From positions 8,765,084-8,829,083 of the forward strand of contig MU054212.1 in assembly GCA_013239625.1 (NCBI GenBank): a stretch of DNA of 64,000 nt, written 5' to 3'. The notes beneath the pieces were generated by a model. It had not been told where the DNA came from. It saw only the letters and a program-made list of their open reading frames with translations, and searched no databases. This DNA is from Lama guanicoe (lineage: Eukaryota). Shown in pieces: positions 37,411 through 50,932 of this stretch (positions are counted from its first letter, which is position 1; each line of letters starts with the position of its first letter). The position numbers and the translations under genes are program-made.

Positions 37411-37477
37411 TTTCAGAAAGTACTGTTTCTCTCTGGACATGAGGATTGGATAAGAGGTGTCGAATGGGCAGCCTTTG
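37411..37477 (+). CDS. ELP2: ELP2 exon 7
   Basis: [22 protein letters not shown]; 67 nt. Confidence 0.94.
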
Positions 37478-37546
37478 GTCAGTATGAAATTTTGCTAAAG
37501 TACACATAATGGGACAAGTATGTGTAACTTCCAAGGAAGCAGCCTC

Positions 37547-37616
37547 TTTTTTGTTGTTGTTGTTGTGTATGTATATTTTTATTGAAGTATAGTCATTTAC
37601 AGTGTTGTGTCAATTT
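37547..37616 (-). mobile_element. Severely 5'-truncated L1 tail with TSD
   Basis: tttttattgaagtatagtcatttacagtgttgtgtcaattt plus T/GTT tail, flanked by cagcctc at 37540-37546 and 37617-37623. Confidence 0.7.
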
Positions 37617-38000
37617 CAGCCTCCTATGTTTTAATTTAAAACTTTGTGTATATATCATTTTTCTATTGTCCCACTTAGAAAAGAGGATACTTACCCCTTT
37701 TATTACCTATTATTTGGGGTGGTAGCGTATGAAACAAGTTGATGTTTAAAAGAGGGCACTAGCTGACTATTACATATGCAAACGTTCTTGACAAATGAGT
37801 AGATTGTATATGCATAGCATATACTATAATCACTTATTAGCAGTGTGTGTATACTGAAAATGAATATAGGCCAAATGAATGAAGGATAAGGAAGCAAAAT
37901 CTTATTTTTTCAGGAAATCTAGATACGTGTATATTATAAAAGAGAGACTCTTCAAAGTTAAGAATACAATGTTTTAAAAATAATAAAATTTGTTTTCTAA

Positions 38001-38150
<150 letters not shown>

Positions 38151-39244
38151 TAATAATGAAAATATTTGATGTAACAACACTTAGATTTCCCGGCTTATTT
38201 ATCGGTTTCACCACACGTGTATGTTTGTGAAGCTTAGGTTTTTCAAAAGTGTTGAATCCCTGATACTATGTGTTTTTCCTTTTTCATTTTTATGTGAGAA
38301 TGAGCCATTTTTCATGTATGAAACTTATTTTTCTTCTAAAAATAAGTGAGTTTTTTTAAATTGCTGAAAATAATGTTTAATGTTTTTTCAGTAAATCAGT
38401 TTGTAAAATATTACTAAATTTGCAGTTTTAGCATAGGACGACTTAAAGGAATAATGTGAATTGTTCATACCTTTGTTGGAGGACATTCTTAAGAGACAGC
38501 TTAATCCTTGTGTTTGAGTAGTAGTGTATGTCATTCAGTACCCCTCCATGGTACATCCTGTTGGAATGTTGCATTTGAAGGAGAAATTTTCAGATGTGTA
38601 TCTAAATGACCAAGTTAGTCCTCAGTAAACATTGTTCATTGAGGAATATTCTTCTCTGTTATTACTCTTCTTGATTATAAAACCCCATTAGAGCTCAGAT
38701 TTGGTGACAGATTTTTGGGGAGGACCAGGAAATACTATAACCAGCATATTGTGAGTAGCTGTTTCCAAGTATGAAGTTTTTTGTGATAGTTTCATTAATT
38801 ATTTTGTTTGAAAGGTCACAGTATTGATTTGACTTCCTTTAACTCTGCATTTATCTTAGGGGTTTTTTTTTATTTAATATTTTTGACTGTTACATTTAAT
38901 GAGTAAGAATAGAAAGCAGACTGGCATGTCTGTATTTTTTAATTGCAGTGTAAGAGTAGCTGTCCCTGAAAATTTAAAAGTGGAACAAATTCCTTAGTTT
39001 TTATTTATGGCTCGGTAGGGAAAATGTCAAGAAAAATTTATGTATCTTTAGGACTGTTTTTCACCTGTGGTTTTGAACAATGTATAAAGTTAATGAAATT
39101 TAGAATGCGTGTGTTTTGTTGAATCTAAATCATGGTCTATTCTGATTCTGTTTTTTGGGATGTAATTGTACAACTGAGATGGTTATGAAAATGTTCTTTT
39201 TAGAAGAGCTTTGGGGAGAGAATGCTTCATTGTTCTTGTTACAG

Positions 39245-39340
39245 GTATTAAAATAACATTTGCGGTTACTCTGGAGACCGTGCTGGCTGGTCACGAAAAC
39301 TGGGTAAATGCAGTTCATTGGCAGCCTTCATTTTACAAAG
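39245..39340 (+). CDS. ELP2: ELP2 exon 9
   Basis: [31 protein letters not shown]; 96 nt. Confidence 0.95.
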
Positions 39341-40410
39341 GTAAGAAGAAAAACATACTCATCGCCCACATTTCAGTTAAATCTCCCTTGACAAAGTTTT
39401 AAAAAGCTGACCAGATGAAGTAGAAGGATACTTTTTGAGTGTAATTAGAAATCTCAAATATTAGACATTTTCAAGTTGGTAAAGTATAATACTGCAGCCC
39501 TGTTCCGTTAGACATTCAGGGCCATTGAAAGTTGTGTTTCTAAGAGGGAACAGTATGACTCCTGCCATGATGCCAAAACTGCCATACCCCTTTTCATCTT
39601 TTTTTCTTTAAAATTCTTACCTAGTCCTTACGGAATTTAAGAGAAATTGACTTTCAAGCCAGCTTCACTGGAATGCTCACCCTTGGAACTACAGAGGTGG
39701 TAATACTGAGATACATCTTTTATGGCAAAGTAGAGGCCTTTCTCCCTCTCTTTCCTTTGCCCGTAACCTCCGTTTGTGGAGTGACGATGGTGTGCGTGTC
39801 CAAGCTGGTGCTGGGGTGTAGGGCTGAGCACGGCAGCAGCTTCATATGCTGCCCTCGTCCTGTCCTTTCCCTGAGACAGGAATAGAGAATAGCAGTAAAA
39901 AGTAAGCACCATCCAGCTCTTGTCATATTATGCCATATTTGCTGCAGTTTAAAAAAAGGTAAATTAGATATTACAGATATTGAGGATCCCTGTGTGTTTT
40001 TTCCTGAACCCTTTCCCCTCCATCCTTCCCTTGAGGCTGAATTGAGTTCATATCATTCCCATGCATATTTTTATACTTCTGCTGCAAATTTGTGTAGCCA
40101 TAAACAATATTGTCTAACAGCTCTTAAAACTTTATCAGTATGCATTTTTTCTTACAACTTGCCTTTTTAGCTTAACGTGCTTTGGATTCATGTAACTCTA
40201 ATTTATTTATTTTTATTACAGTATATATTCCATTGTCTAAATATTACAATTGGTTTATCTGGTCTAACAGTAGATTTTTGTGTTTCCAGCGTTTTGCTGG
40301 TACAGCGTAGCAGTGAACGTTCTTGCAGTATCCATGTTGTGTTTTTCTGGTCATCTGCAAACAAGATATTTGTCAGTCACCTAAAGATGTTAGGTTTTTT
40401 TTTCCTTTAG

Positions 40411-40511
40411 ATGGTGTTTTACAACAGCCAATGAGATTATTGTCTGCCTCAATGGATAAAACCATGATTCTCTGGGCTCCAGATGAAGAGTCAGGAGTTT
40501 GGCTAGAACAG
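40411..40511 (+). CDS. ELP2: ELP2 exon 10
   Basis: [34 protein letters not shown]; 101 nt. Confidence 0.96.
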
Positions 40512-40708
40512 GTAAAAATGTGAATATATAAGGAACAGAAATTTGAGTTTATGAAACAGTAAATCCCAAGTCTGTGTTCCGAGAGCTGCAAATACGTGCT
40601 CTTTGTATATATTAAAAAAGTGAGACCATAATCTCTGTAATCAGTGGTTTCTATCGTGAGACATGTGGACTCTTGGTTATGAATTGTTTTCTGTCTGTGG
40701 TTGAATAG

Positions 40709-40879
<171 letters not shown>

Positions 40880-41569
40880 TAGGGTGAATCCTAAAGAAAA
40901 CCTAGGTAAAAGTGTTGTATTACTTATAACCCTCTACGGGAACATCATAGAGGCATTTAAGTTCGGATGACTTCACTTCTTTCTGTAGATGTTATTTTGT
41001 GATGCTAAGTAAGAAACTCACGCTTTTCTAAGAATAAAAGTATTTATTTTTCAGCATTGTTGAGATACTGAAATTTGCACATAGGTAAATTTTCTTTATT
41101 TTCTTTCTTTATTTTTTTTTAAATTTTCTACATAAGTAAAGTTTAAGCTGTATAAATTTTAAGCTCTCCCATAAAGCTATATACATTTTTTGATGCAAGT
41201 TTTCCCTAAAATGTAAAACCTCTTTGTTCTCTTAAAGAAAATCACGAAATTTGATATTTTCCTGCTGAACAACTAGGTACTCCATTGATAATTATTGAAT
41301 AAATGACCAACACAAGGGCATTAGAAGTACCTGTTATTTTGTGATTGACTATATTGATGCTCTCAGGGGCTCTTGATATGTGTAATTCTAAATGGTCCTC
41401 CCAATATTGGGCTCTTCTAGATCTTTCTTACAGGTTCTATTCTCAAAGAGAGGTAATCTTCTAATCATGCAGCTGCCTCTCAGCACTACTCTGTATCTTA
41501 CTCTCTAATTTGCTTCCCATCTGCTGCTTTGGGTTTAGGGAGGTGAGGTAGCAGGAATTGTGGCTGTGG

Positions 41570-41770
41570 GCACCGGCCTGGGAGCTGGACGACCTGGGCC
41601 TGAATCTTGTACTTCCTAGCTGTCTTTGAGGACATTACCTAACCTTTGTCTCAGGTTCCTTATCTGTAAAATGTAGACAGTAATAAATAGCTCCTACGCA
41701 TAGGGTTTTCATGATGCTAAAATGAATTAATATTTGTATAGTATGAAAAACAAAGCCTGGCACATCCTGG
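41570..41770 (+). mobile_element. MIR SINE
   Basis: Core-like gacctgggcctgaatc...ctcaggttccttatctgtaaaatg...gcctggcaca. Confidence 0.7.
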
Positions 41771-43402
41771 ATGCTATATATTTTAAATAAATAAATGAAA
41801 GAAGTAAGAACATAGAGCAAAATATGAGGCAGCAGATTTTGAATGTGCATTTAATAGCTTCTTTATAAAGTGAAAATTCATGGAGAGCCTCAGAGGTGCC
41901 ATCAGTTAGTGTGTGGAACTTACATAAAGTGCAGATTCATGGGTTTGCATAACCTTCAGTTTGTGGGCTTTGGAAATGTTGTTTTACGTAGGAGAATTTG
42001 AAGTCTCAATACATGGAGTGGTTTACTCTTCCCTTTGTATCTTCCATTTGGTGTTGACCTTTAAGATTATTTCTACTTTTAAATGAACCAGGGAAGCATT
42101 AGCTACGACACTTTTAAATAGATACTTTTAAGGATAAATCTAATTTTGTTCTTAACTTAGAGCTTCTTTGAGCTGTGTTTCAGCTCATCTTTGAGGCCTT
42201 CATAGAAGAAAGCATTATATGAGTAAGGAGGAGCTCAAACCAGAGGGCAGAATTTCCCTGTACCTTTGCTTATAATTTGACTTCAAATTAATAATAGCTA
42301 TTTACCAAGTATAGAGGGTGATTTTTTTTATAGACTTTGTATTTTAGAGACATTTTACGTTCACAGAAAAATTAAGCAGAAAGTAAAGAGAATTCCCATT
42401 TACCTCTGCCCCCTACAGGTGCTCAGCCATGTCCACTGTCAGCATCCCACACCAGAGTGGAAATTTGTTACAATCAGGGGTAACCTATGAAGACAATTAA
42501 AGCTCTTTAACACTGTGCTGATAGTCCAAAAGTGCTACACTTTGTTCAGAATTTTTTGGAAACTCTCATTAAGTGCTAACTTTAGAATCAGTTGTTATGG
42601 CACAGAGGAAATGAACAAGATTTCTTTGTTCTAGCCTATTCATGGTTTTGACTAGAAAATAATATAACTTAATCACTGACCATATTCATCAGACTTGGCT
42701 TTGAATGACCTTTTAGCTATTTATACAAATTTAACTTTCCTCTAAAGATCAAGTTTTACCACCACTTGAGTTGTTCAAAAAGATGCTTTGTGGACCAGGC
42801 ACATGACATTTTCTATACTTCATTGTCATTATTTCCATGGTTGCTGGTGCAGACTCCCTCAGGAGGTGGACTACCTAGCATTGATTTAACCTCTGTCCTC
42901 TACCCCTGCAGCTTTTTTTTACTTAACAAAGAAAGTGTGTTAGGCACACACTCAGAATCTACAGATTCATGTTACACAATGCTCTGTTATTTAGTTTAAC
43001 AAGCAAATACTCACGCAGTACCTAGTATGCGCCAGCATTGTACAAATAAAACTTCATTTAATTCTCGTAATGACCGTATGAGCTAGGTAACTCTTTTACA
43101 GAAGAGTTCATTGAGGCACAGAGAGGTTAAGTAGTATCTGGGTTCTAGGAGGCATCCATAAGTGATGAAAGGAGGGGACTTTCCCAAGGTTACTGCTTTA
43201 AAAGAACACAGCATATTTGAATGTTTAAGTTCTAAGATGCTTGACTGGAAACCAGATCCTCTACTTTAAGATCCCATCTTGTTTACTTAGCTTCTCGCTT
43301 TGCTCAGGGGCTACGGTCTTTTCCTGTATCAGACCTGAGGGCTGAAGGCGTTATTAGACTTTCTTCTGAGTAGTGGTCTTAGATTATTTTGATGTGTCAT
43401 GA

Positions 43403-43585
<183 letters not shown>

Positions 43586-43831
43586 TGATGGTCTGCTTTA
43601 AAACACGTCCATGAGCACGTAGAAGGCGAGGCAGCATCATTAGCCATTAGGGAAATGCAGATTAAAGCCTTGATGAGTTGCCACTACACACCCACTGCAA
43701 TGGCTGAGGTGTAAACTACTGAGGGTGGTAAGGATGCAGGCTGACTGGAACTTTCATACATTACTGATGGGAATGCAAAGTGGGGTATCCACTTTGGAAA
43801 GCAGTTTGATATTTTCTTAAAACTTAAGCAT

Positions 43832-44734
43832 TCCAAAGAAGACATACAGGTGGCTAACGGACCCATGAAAAGATGCTCAGCATCTTTGTTGAGCTGATCA
43901 TCAGGGAAATGCAAGTCAAAACCACAGTGAGATACTCCCTCATACCTGTCAGAATGCCTAGCATCAAATAGATAACAAGTAACAAGTGTTGGCAAGGATG
44001 TGGAGAAGAGGAGCCCTTGTGCACTGTTGGTAGGGTTGTAAATTGATGCAGCCAGTATGGAAAATGGTATGAAGTTTCCTCAAAAAATTAAAAATAGGAC
44101 TACCCCACAATCTAGTAATTTCACTTCTGGTTACTTGTAGAAAACAAACAAACAAACAAAAAACTATTTCAAAAAGATATATTCACCCCTGTGTTTATTG
44201 AAGCAATATTTATAATAGCCAAAATATGGAAGCAACTAAGTATCCATTGATGAATAGAAAAAGAAGATGTGGTATATACACAATGGAGTATTACTCAGCC
44301 ATTAAAACAATGAGTCATGTTGTTTATAACTGTGGATGGATCTAGAGGCTGTTGTGCTAAGTGAAATAAGTCAGGCAGAGAAAGACAAAGACCATATGAC
44401 TTCACTAAAATCTGGAATCTAAAAAACAAAACAAAATGCAAACAGACTTATAGATACAGAGAACAAACAGGTGTTTGCCAGAGGTGTGATGCTGGGTGAA
44501 ATAAGTGAAGGATTAAGAGGTACAAACTTGCAGTTACAAGTAAGTCACAGGGGTGTGATACACAGCGTAAGAAATGTGGTCAGTAATGTAATAACTTTAT
44601 ATGGGGACAGGTGGTTCCTAGACTTACCTTGGTAACCATTTCATAATATATTAAATGTCAAATCACTATGTTGTACACCTGAAACTAGCATAATACTATG
44701 TATTATGTCAACTATGTTTTAGTTTTTAAAAAAG
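43832..44734 (+). mobile_element. 5'-truncated L1 (end of ORF2 plus 3' UTR) nested in an older L1 fragment starting near 43600
   Basis: ccaaagaagacatacaggtggc...tgtacacctgaaactagcataata...A-tail; TSD cttaagcat at 43823-43831 and 44735-44743. Confidence 0.85.
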
Positions 44735-44769
44735 CTTAAGCATACCTGTATTTACAATTCGAGCAGTTC

Positions 44770-45120
44770 AGATTTTAGTTGTCAAAATGTGTTTACTTCA
44801 GTTCCACATAAAAAATGTTCTTACACCTTGTAATTTTAGGTTTAATTCATTAAGAAACACTATCAAATCTGCAGTGAAAGCTAATGTCTAACATTATATA
44901 GCGTTACATAATAGTGGTTGAGGCCAGTTTTTGTTCAAGAAACTTTTCAGTCGTGGCCCTGAGCTTTAAAAAACCACAGTAAAACTTTACCACTGGTAAG
45001 ACATTGAACTGTGTTGTGCCACAGAGAAAGTATTCTCAACTTCAGTTTCTGACAGAAATTCATGGAACTGATTATGGGTCAGTCCATGAGAGCTAATGAA
45101 ATTTGCAACTGACATTTCTG
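44770..45120 (-). mobile_element. Fossil hAT (Charlie-type) transposase fragment
   Basis: VANFISSHGLTHNQFHEFLSE (45047-45109) and LAFTADLIVFLNELNLKLQG (44825-44884), separated by frameshifts. Confidence 0.8.
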
Positions 45121-45269
45121 CTTCAGCAGCACGTGGTGGATTAAAATTAATAGAGTCTAGAACATTGGGGACAACACTGTAGTCAAGTAAAAAATGAGGC
45201 AAATGATTTGGAGTGGTTTTCTGTGGCTCTTGGTGATTTGTTACCAGTATGACTCAGTTATTGTTTATT

Positions 45270-45932
45270 CATGATCCATTAAAAAAATCAATATATCAGA
45301 CTTGACCAAAATGTGAATTTTCTGCTCTTTGAAAGATGTTGTTCAAAATGAAAAGACAAGTCCCAAACTTGAGAAAGCATTTACAAAGCACATGTCTGAT
45401 AAACGGTTTTTATCTAGAGTATATAAACAATTTTCACAATTCAATAACAAGAAAATAAACAACCCAGTAAAAAGAAAGGGCAAAAGATACTTCTCCAAAG
45501 GAGATAGATATATGGATGGAGATAGATAATGAGAACAAGAAAAGATTCTCAACACCATTAGTCATTAGGGAAATGCAAATTAAAGCTACAGTGAGATACC
45601 ATTGCACACTATGAGGATGGTTAAAGTTGAAAGATTGACCATACAGGTGTTGATGAGGTGATGGGCAGCTGGATCTCTCATACAACACTGCTGGTGGGAT
45701 TGTAAAAAGTACAGCCACTTTGGGAAGTTATTTGGCAGTATATTGACATTTTAAATAGACATCTACTAAATCACCCAGTCTTCCTACCTATGGGTAGTAT
45801 TTCCCCAAGAGAAATAGGAGTATGTACTTATGCAAAGACTTGTACATGACGAAAGTTCATGACTTTTTTCAGTAAAAGACCAAAACTGGAAACAACCCAA
45901 ATGTCTATGAGTAGGTGAATGGATCAACAAGT
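45270..45932 (+). mobile_element. Old L1 ORF2 3' fragment
   Basis: ccattagtcattagggaaatgcaaattaaagctacagtgagatacc...ccaaaactggaaacaacccaaatgtc. Confidence 0.8.
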
Positions 45933-46512
45933 TGTTGTAATGGACCAGGGCCCTATCAGGCCTTCCCGGGACAGACCCTCCCCCATATTCTCTGCTGTAG
46001 CTCCTCTGAAGTACCCAGATAAGAGTGACCAGAAATGGCTCCCTCATGGTAAAGCACGTTCTAGCCTGACTAAATTGCACATGTTGCCCTCTTCCTTAGA
46101 ACACTCCCCCTCCCCCTTAAGCATCCGTTGTTCCAGGCATAGAAATGTCCGGAGATGTGACTCGTTAACTCCTGGTGCAGAAGGCAAACACCAGACCAAG
46201 GCCCATTGGAGGAGAGGACATGGTCTGATAGCCACAGAAACAGGAGGCTCCGTCGACAGGTTTTCTTGACGCCAACGCAGAGCTGTGTCAGGGAGGAAAG
46301 TGCAGCCCCTGCACGTTCACAGATGTTTATCAGAAGCTCTGTTCTTGGACTCCTGCTGAAAAACTCCGTTACCCCTCCCCACATCAGGGTTGCAGTCTTG
46401 AGGCATTAGCTTGCTGTGACCCCCTTTGCCTGGCAAAGAAATAAAGCTGTTCTTTTCTGCTTCCAAAACTCTGTCTCCAGATTTCAATTTGATATTGGGG
46501 CACAGTGGCTGT
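45933..46512 (+). mobile_element. ERV solo LTR, sense to ELP2
   Basis: Starts TG with an abrupt GC shift after the L1; AATAAA 46440-46445 followed by a U5-like tract; 3' boundary uncertain. Confidence 0.75.
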
Positions 46513-46681
46513 GAGTGAAAAAGATTGCACTATTGATGAACACAACAATATGGATGAATCTGCCTTATGGTCACATTTCCATGGCATATTGAAAGATTTT
46601 ATATCTGAAATTTTGCTTGTTGAAAAGACTTCAGTTTTTGAAATGTATGATCATTTTTGTTTATCCTATTTTGATACCCAG

Positions 46682-46870
46682 GTGACTTGGCATGAAATTG
46701 CAAGGCCCCAGATACACGGATATGACCTGAAATGTTTGGCAATGATCAACAGGTTTCAGTTTGTATCTGGAGCCGATGAAAAAGTTCTTCGAGTATTTTC
46801 TGCACCTCGAAATTTTGTGGAAAATTTTTGTGCCATTACGGGCCAGTCACTGAATCATGTGCTTTGTAAT
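46682..46870 (+). CDS. ELP2: ELP2 exon 13
   Basis: [42 protein letters not shown]...VLCN; 189 nt. Confidence 0.97.
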
Positions 46871-48955
46871 GTGAGTATTCCTCTAAATGCTTTAACTAAA
46901 TCTAGCCACTTCATTTAAAGTTTTAAAAAATTTTACTTAAGGCTGTAAATGGAGTATATGGGTAGAAAGGAAATCAAATCATGTTATTGGCCTGACAAAC
47001 TTTTGTGTGTGCTGTGGTAGGCAGTAATTTAAATACTAAAATTAGAAATTTTATAACAAGTAAGCCCAAGACACTATAAAGAATTAAAATGTTAAATTAA
47101 GGCACAAGTACTGTGTATCATCACTGTGCTAACAAGTACCTACAATAAAACAAAGCATAACAGGTGGGTCATGTTTTCGAGGAGATTTCCTTCTAAATGT
47201 AGATTGGGGTGGGGGCAGTGGAACTAGTGTACCTGCAGCTGTTAAGGTGACACCAGTTAATTGCTAAATCTTGTGGTGGTTAAAGTACATTTCATAGAAG
47301 AAAGTGGTCACTCTACTGGAATAACGAGAAAGTGGGGCTTCATTTGGGTTTTGAATGGGTAAGTTTTCATTGATTTTTGTTTCTGCCTACTTTCTACAGA
47401 AGATTTGAACACTTATAAAAATGCGTAGGTTTTAAAAATTATAAAGTAAGCAGTTTTGGAGGAAGGGAAAGGAAGTAGGGAACGAGTTGTGTGTCACAGG
47501 TGTGCACATCGTACAGTCCTTTGCTGTGCTTAGAATTGGGTCCCAGATTTGCTTCTGAGCTTGAAAAGGGTAAGTGCACTTTTGATAGGCAGAAGGAAGG
47601 AGAGAGAGAGCAGTGGGCAGCCAGAGCTGTTCGAATGAAGAGTATATAGAGGGAAATGGAGAGGCTGGGGGCAAGTCAAATGATGGAGGACTTAAGGAGG
47701 CAGGTGTAGTTTAGACTCTGGGGTACCAATGAAAGTCCTATACAAGGTGATGAGAAGCACTTTAAGGCGAAGACTTACATGGAAGCAGTATACACCTTTG
47801 AGCCCAGAGACTTTGAAGGCAGAGACGCTAGAACCAGTGTGGGTAAATCTGGAGAAGAAAGAATCATTTTAGAAGAAATGTCCAGTTAAGTTTCCTGGAG
47901 TGTATCAGGAGCTCCTCTTGCCAGGGGCTTTCTTGAGTATGTGAAGAAGATGAAAGATTCTGCTGTGCTGTTTTTAATGCTAATGGACAGTAATGAGATC
48001 AAAAGGGAGGTCCTGATTGTGGTTACAAAGCTGAGCATATGGGGGTGGAAGGGTAGTTGTTTTGAGGATTTCACAGTTCTAGGGATTGAAAGGATTCCAT
48101 AAGAGGCTTAGTCCCAGATATGTGTTTAGTTCTGTGTCCTGAGATACAGGAATCCTGTAGACTGGGAAGTTCCCATACTAAATGTTGGGATATGTAGGAA
48201 TGCCTCTTATTATTTTCATAGTGTTTTGTTTTTCTTGGTTTCTGAAATAAAGCACACAGTCTCTCATGTCTCAGGTAACCATTCTTTGGTGATGATTTAA
48301 ATTCCTATTGCAGATGTTTGTGTTGAGTTTCAGCCTCTGTATTAAAGTTTAAATCATTAGAAATGTTCTTAGTTTATGGACATGTGCCAATTTTGATGAT
48401 TAACATACAGTTTCGTATGTAATAACTTCATTGATATAAATTGTAGCATATAAGCAGATTATTGCCACTTCAGAGGGCACTGCAACAAAGTTTTAAAATA
48501 TTCAGAATTGTAAATACATTTAATGACAATACTATGACTGTGCCTTCCTGGGAAACATCTGTGTTTGCGTGAGCATCAACAGGGATGTGCCTGTGAGACT
48601 GGGAAGTAAAGCTCCAGGCCTTGCATTTTCAGCCCACTCTTTGCTAGAAGCCAGCAGTGCTTTCCTTTGTCAAACCTTGAAACCCATTGAGCTGACAGGG
48701 TTTGATGAGCTCATGGATGGGAGGATGCCCAACTCTGTGGATTGGGTGGGGCCTGGGAGTCAGCTGGAGCCTGGCTGCTGGAGGTGATTGCTTAACATTG
48801 CATCTCTTGGTTCAGGAAATGGAAGTGCGGGCAGATGTCCACACAAAATGGTCTTTATACTGCTTCTTAGCATTTATGTGCATGGCATTTTTTATAGTGT
48901 CTGAGATAAGAGTAACCTTTGGCATGTAAAGCATCTGTCATGCTTTTTATTCCAG

Positions 48956-49025
48956 CAAGATGGTGATCTTCCAGAAGGAGCTACTGTCCCTGCTTTGGGA
49001 TTATCAAATAAAGCCATCTTTCAGG
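48956..49025 (+). CDS. ELP2: ELP2 exon 14
   Basis: [23 protein letters not shown]; 70 nt. Confidence 0.95.
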
Positions 49026-49561
49026 GTAAGGCTTTCGTCTCCAAAATTATTGAACTCATAGTGGTACTTAAAACCTAGTTACAGACTTGTATAACATGTG
49101 CCTAATGTTCATTACAGGGTTTTGTTTGTTTGTTTTAATATCACAATACATGCATCTTTCTTCTCTATCAGATACTTCCTGGTAACTACTCTGTGTGCAA
49201 GGGCAGACCCTGAAATAGGTGCTGCTTTTACAAAGTGTATTTCATGGAGCACTTACAGCCATAGATGCTAATCTGGGGACCCTGAAAAATGTGTTTTGTA
49301 GTTTAAAAAGTTTGGGAAGTGTGAGCTCAAAAGAAAAGGAAGGACTCTCCATGGAATTGACTTGTTCTGTAAGGAGCACATTTGGAAAATATCAGCGTAG
49401 TGGAAGTACCCTTGGCTTTGCAGTCACGTGGCTGCAGCTCTGAATTGCACTACTTTGAAATGCCTCTACTTTCCAGCTAGTGGCATTAATACTAGGACAT
49501 GTGTAGGAGACGTCAAGATGGTGACTACATTCATGATGTTGATGTGTTTCTTCTAAACTAG

Positions 49562-49657
49562 GAGATATAGCTTCTCAGCCTTCTGATGAAGAGGAGCTGT
49601 TAACTAGTACTGGTTTTGAGTATCACCAGGTGGCCTTTCAACCCTCTATACTTACCG
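49562..49657 (+). CDS. ELP2: ELP2 exon 15
   Basis: [32 protein letters not shown]; 96 nt. Confidence 0.95.
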
Positions 49658-49789
49658 GTAAGAAAAGGCACAAAGATGGTTTACTAGAATCATTTGTGTA
49701 CATATTGCAGTATCTGTCACTGCTCACCTATAAGTGCTATGGAATTTGTTTGCTTGCATGAAAATTGCAATGTTGTAAATTTATTGTAG

Positions 49790-49847
49790 AACCTCCCACT
49801 GAGGACCATCTTCTGCAAAATACTTTGTGGCCTGAAGTTCAAAAACT
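49790..49847 (+). CDS. ELP2: ELP2 exon 16
   Basis: EPPTEDHLLQNTLWPEVQKL; 58 nt. Confidence 0.95.
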
Positions 49848-50462
49848 GTAAGTTAAACTGTACTTAGCTCTTTGGTCTGATTCTGTCCTAACTTGTGATT
49901 CCCTCCCCGCCCTCCATCCCCAACCTGATTTTCTCCTTTGCTTTCCTCTTACCTACATTTTCCCACCTGCTCTAGAGTTCCTTTCGTGGCCTTTATAAGG
50001 GGCGAGAATCAAACTTTGTTTTATATTGCTATGCATTATATTTACTAGATTTTATTGGTCTTAATTTTTAAAATAGAGAGGCATAACACTATATATATAT
50101 TTTTTTCCTTTAAAAAAACATTTTTAAGTTTTGTTATTCTCTCAGTTTTTTTTTCCTGCAGTGGTTCCCTGTCAAAACCTTTCCATGGTTTATTGTTTAT
50201 TGTTCTATCTGGCTTGGGGTGAAAACTTGTATTTAATCTAGTTGTTGGAATAAGATGTATTACTTTTAGGGAGTTGACATTTTTCTCCAGTCCCTCTGTT
50301 TTTTCCTGAAATATTTGCCTAGACAAAAATGAAATGTTTCTTAAAAGCACTGTATGTTAACCAGAGAGATTGATGTTATTTTCACATTTAAAAATTTTGC
50401 AGCATGAGAATAGGTACATTTACTGATACAGGGGTCATCCGTTTTCTCTTTTTAAATTTTAG

Positions 50463-50535
50463 ATATGGACATGGTTATGAAATATTTTCTGTTGCTTGTA
50501 GCAATTCAAAGACTCTGCTTGCCTCAGCTTGTAAG
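50463..50535 (+). CDS. ELP2: ELP2 exon 17
   Basis: YGHGYEIFSVACSNSKTLLASACK; 73 nt. Confidence 0.95.
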
Positions 50536-50793
50536 GTAGGGAATTTTTTTTTATTCTACTTGGTCACAGGTTGTTTGAGTCGTCAGGCTCCTGCAAGTTT
50601 AGTAGTGATTTGGACAGAGTTCAACCCAAAAGGCCCCAGGTGCCTGCCTTTTCTGACTCTTGCTTTCTCACTCTCTTTTCCTTTCTGTCCTTCAGCAGCT
50701 TGTAGTTGCATTTTCAATCTGCTTCAGCTATACATTTTGTTCTTAAATACTTGATTTGATCTGATTTATGCCCCTACTCAGAAACTATTTAAT

Positions 50794-50932
50794 TGAGGGA
50801 AGGGTATAGCTCAGTGGTAGAGTGCATGCCTAGCATGCACAAGGTCCTGGGTTCAATCCCCAGTACCTCCATCAAAAAAACCAAACAAATAAATAAACAA
50901 ATAAACCTAATCCCCCCCACTGCCAAAAAAAC
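50794..50932 (+). mobile_element. tRNA-Ala-derived SINE (Vic-1-like) with TSD
   Basis: A box TAGCTCAGTGG, B box GGTTCAATCCC, A-rich tail; TSD actatttaat at 50784-50793 and 50933-50942. Confidence 0.92.
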
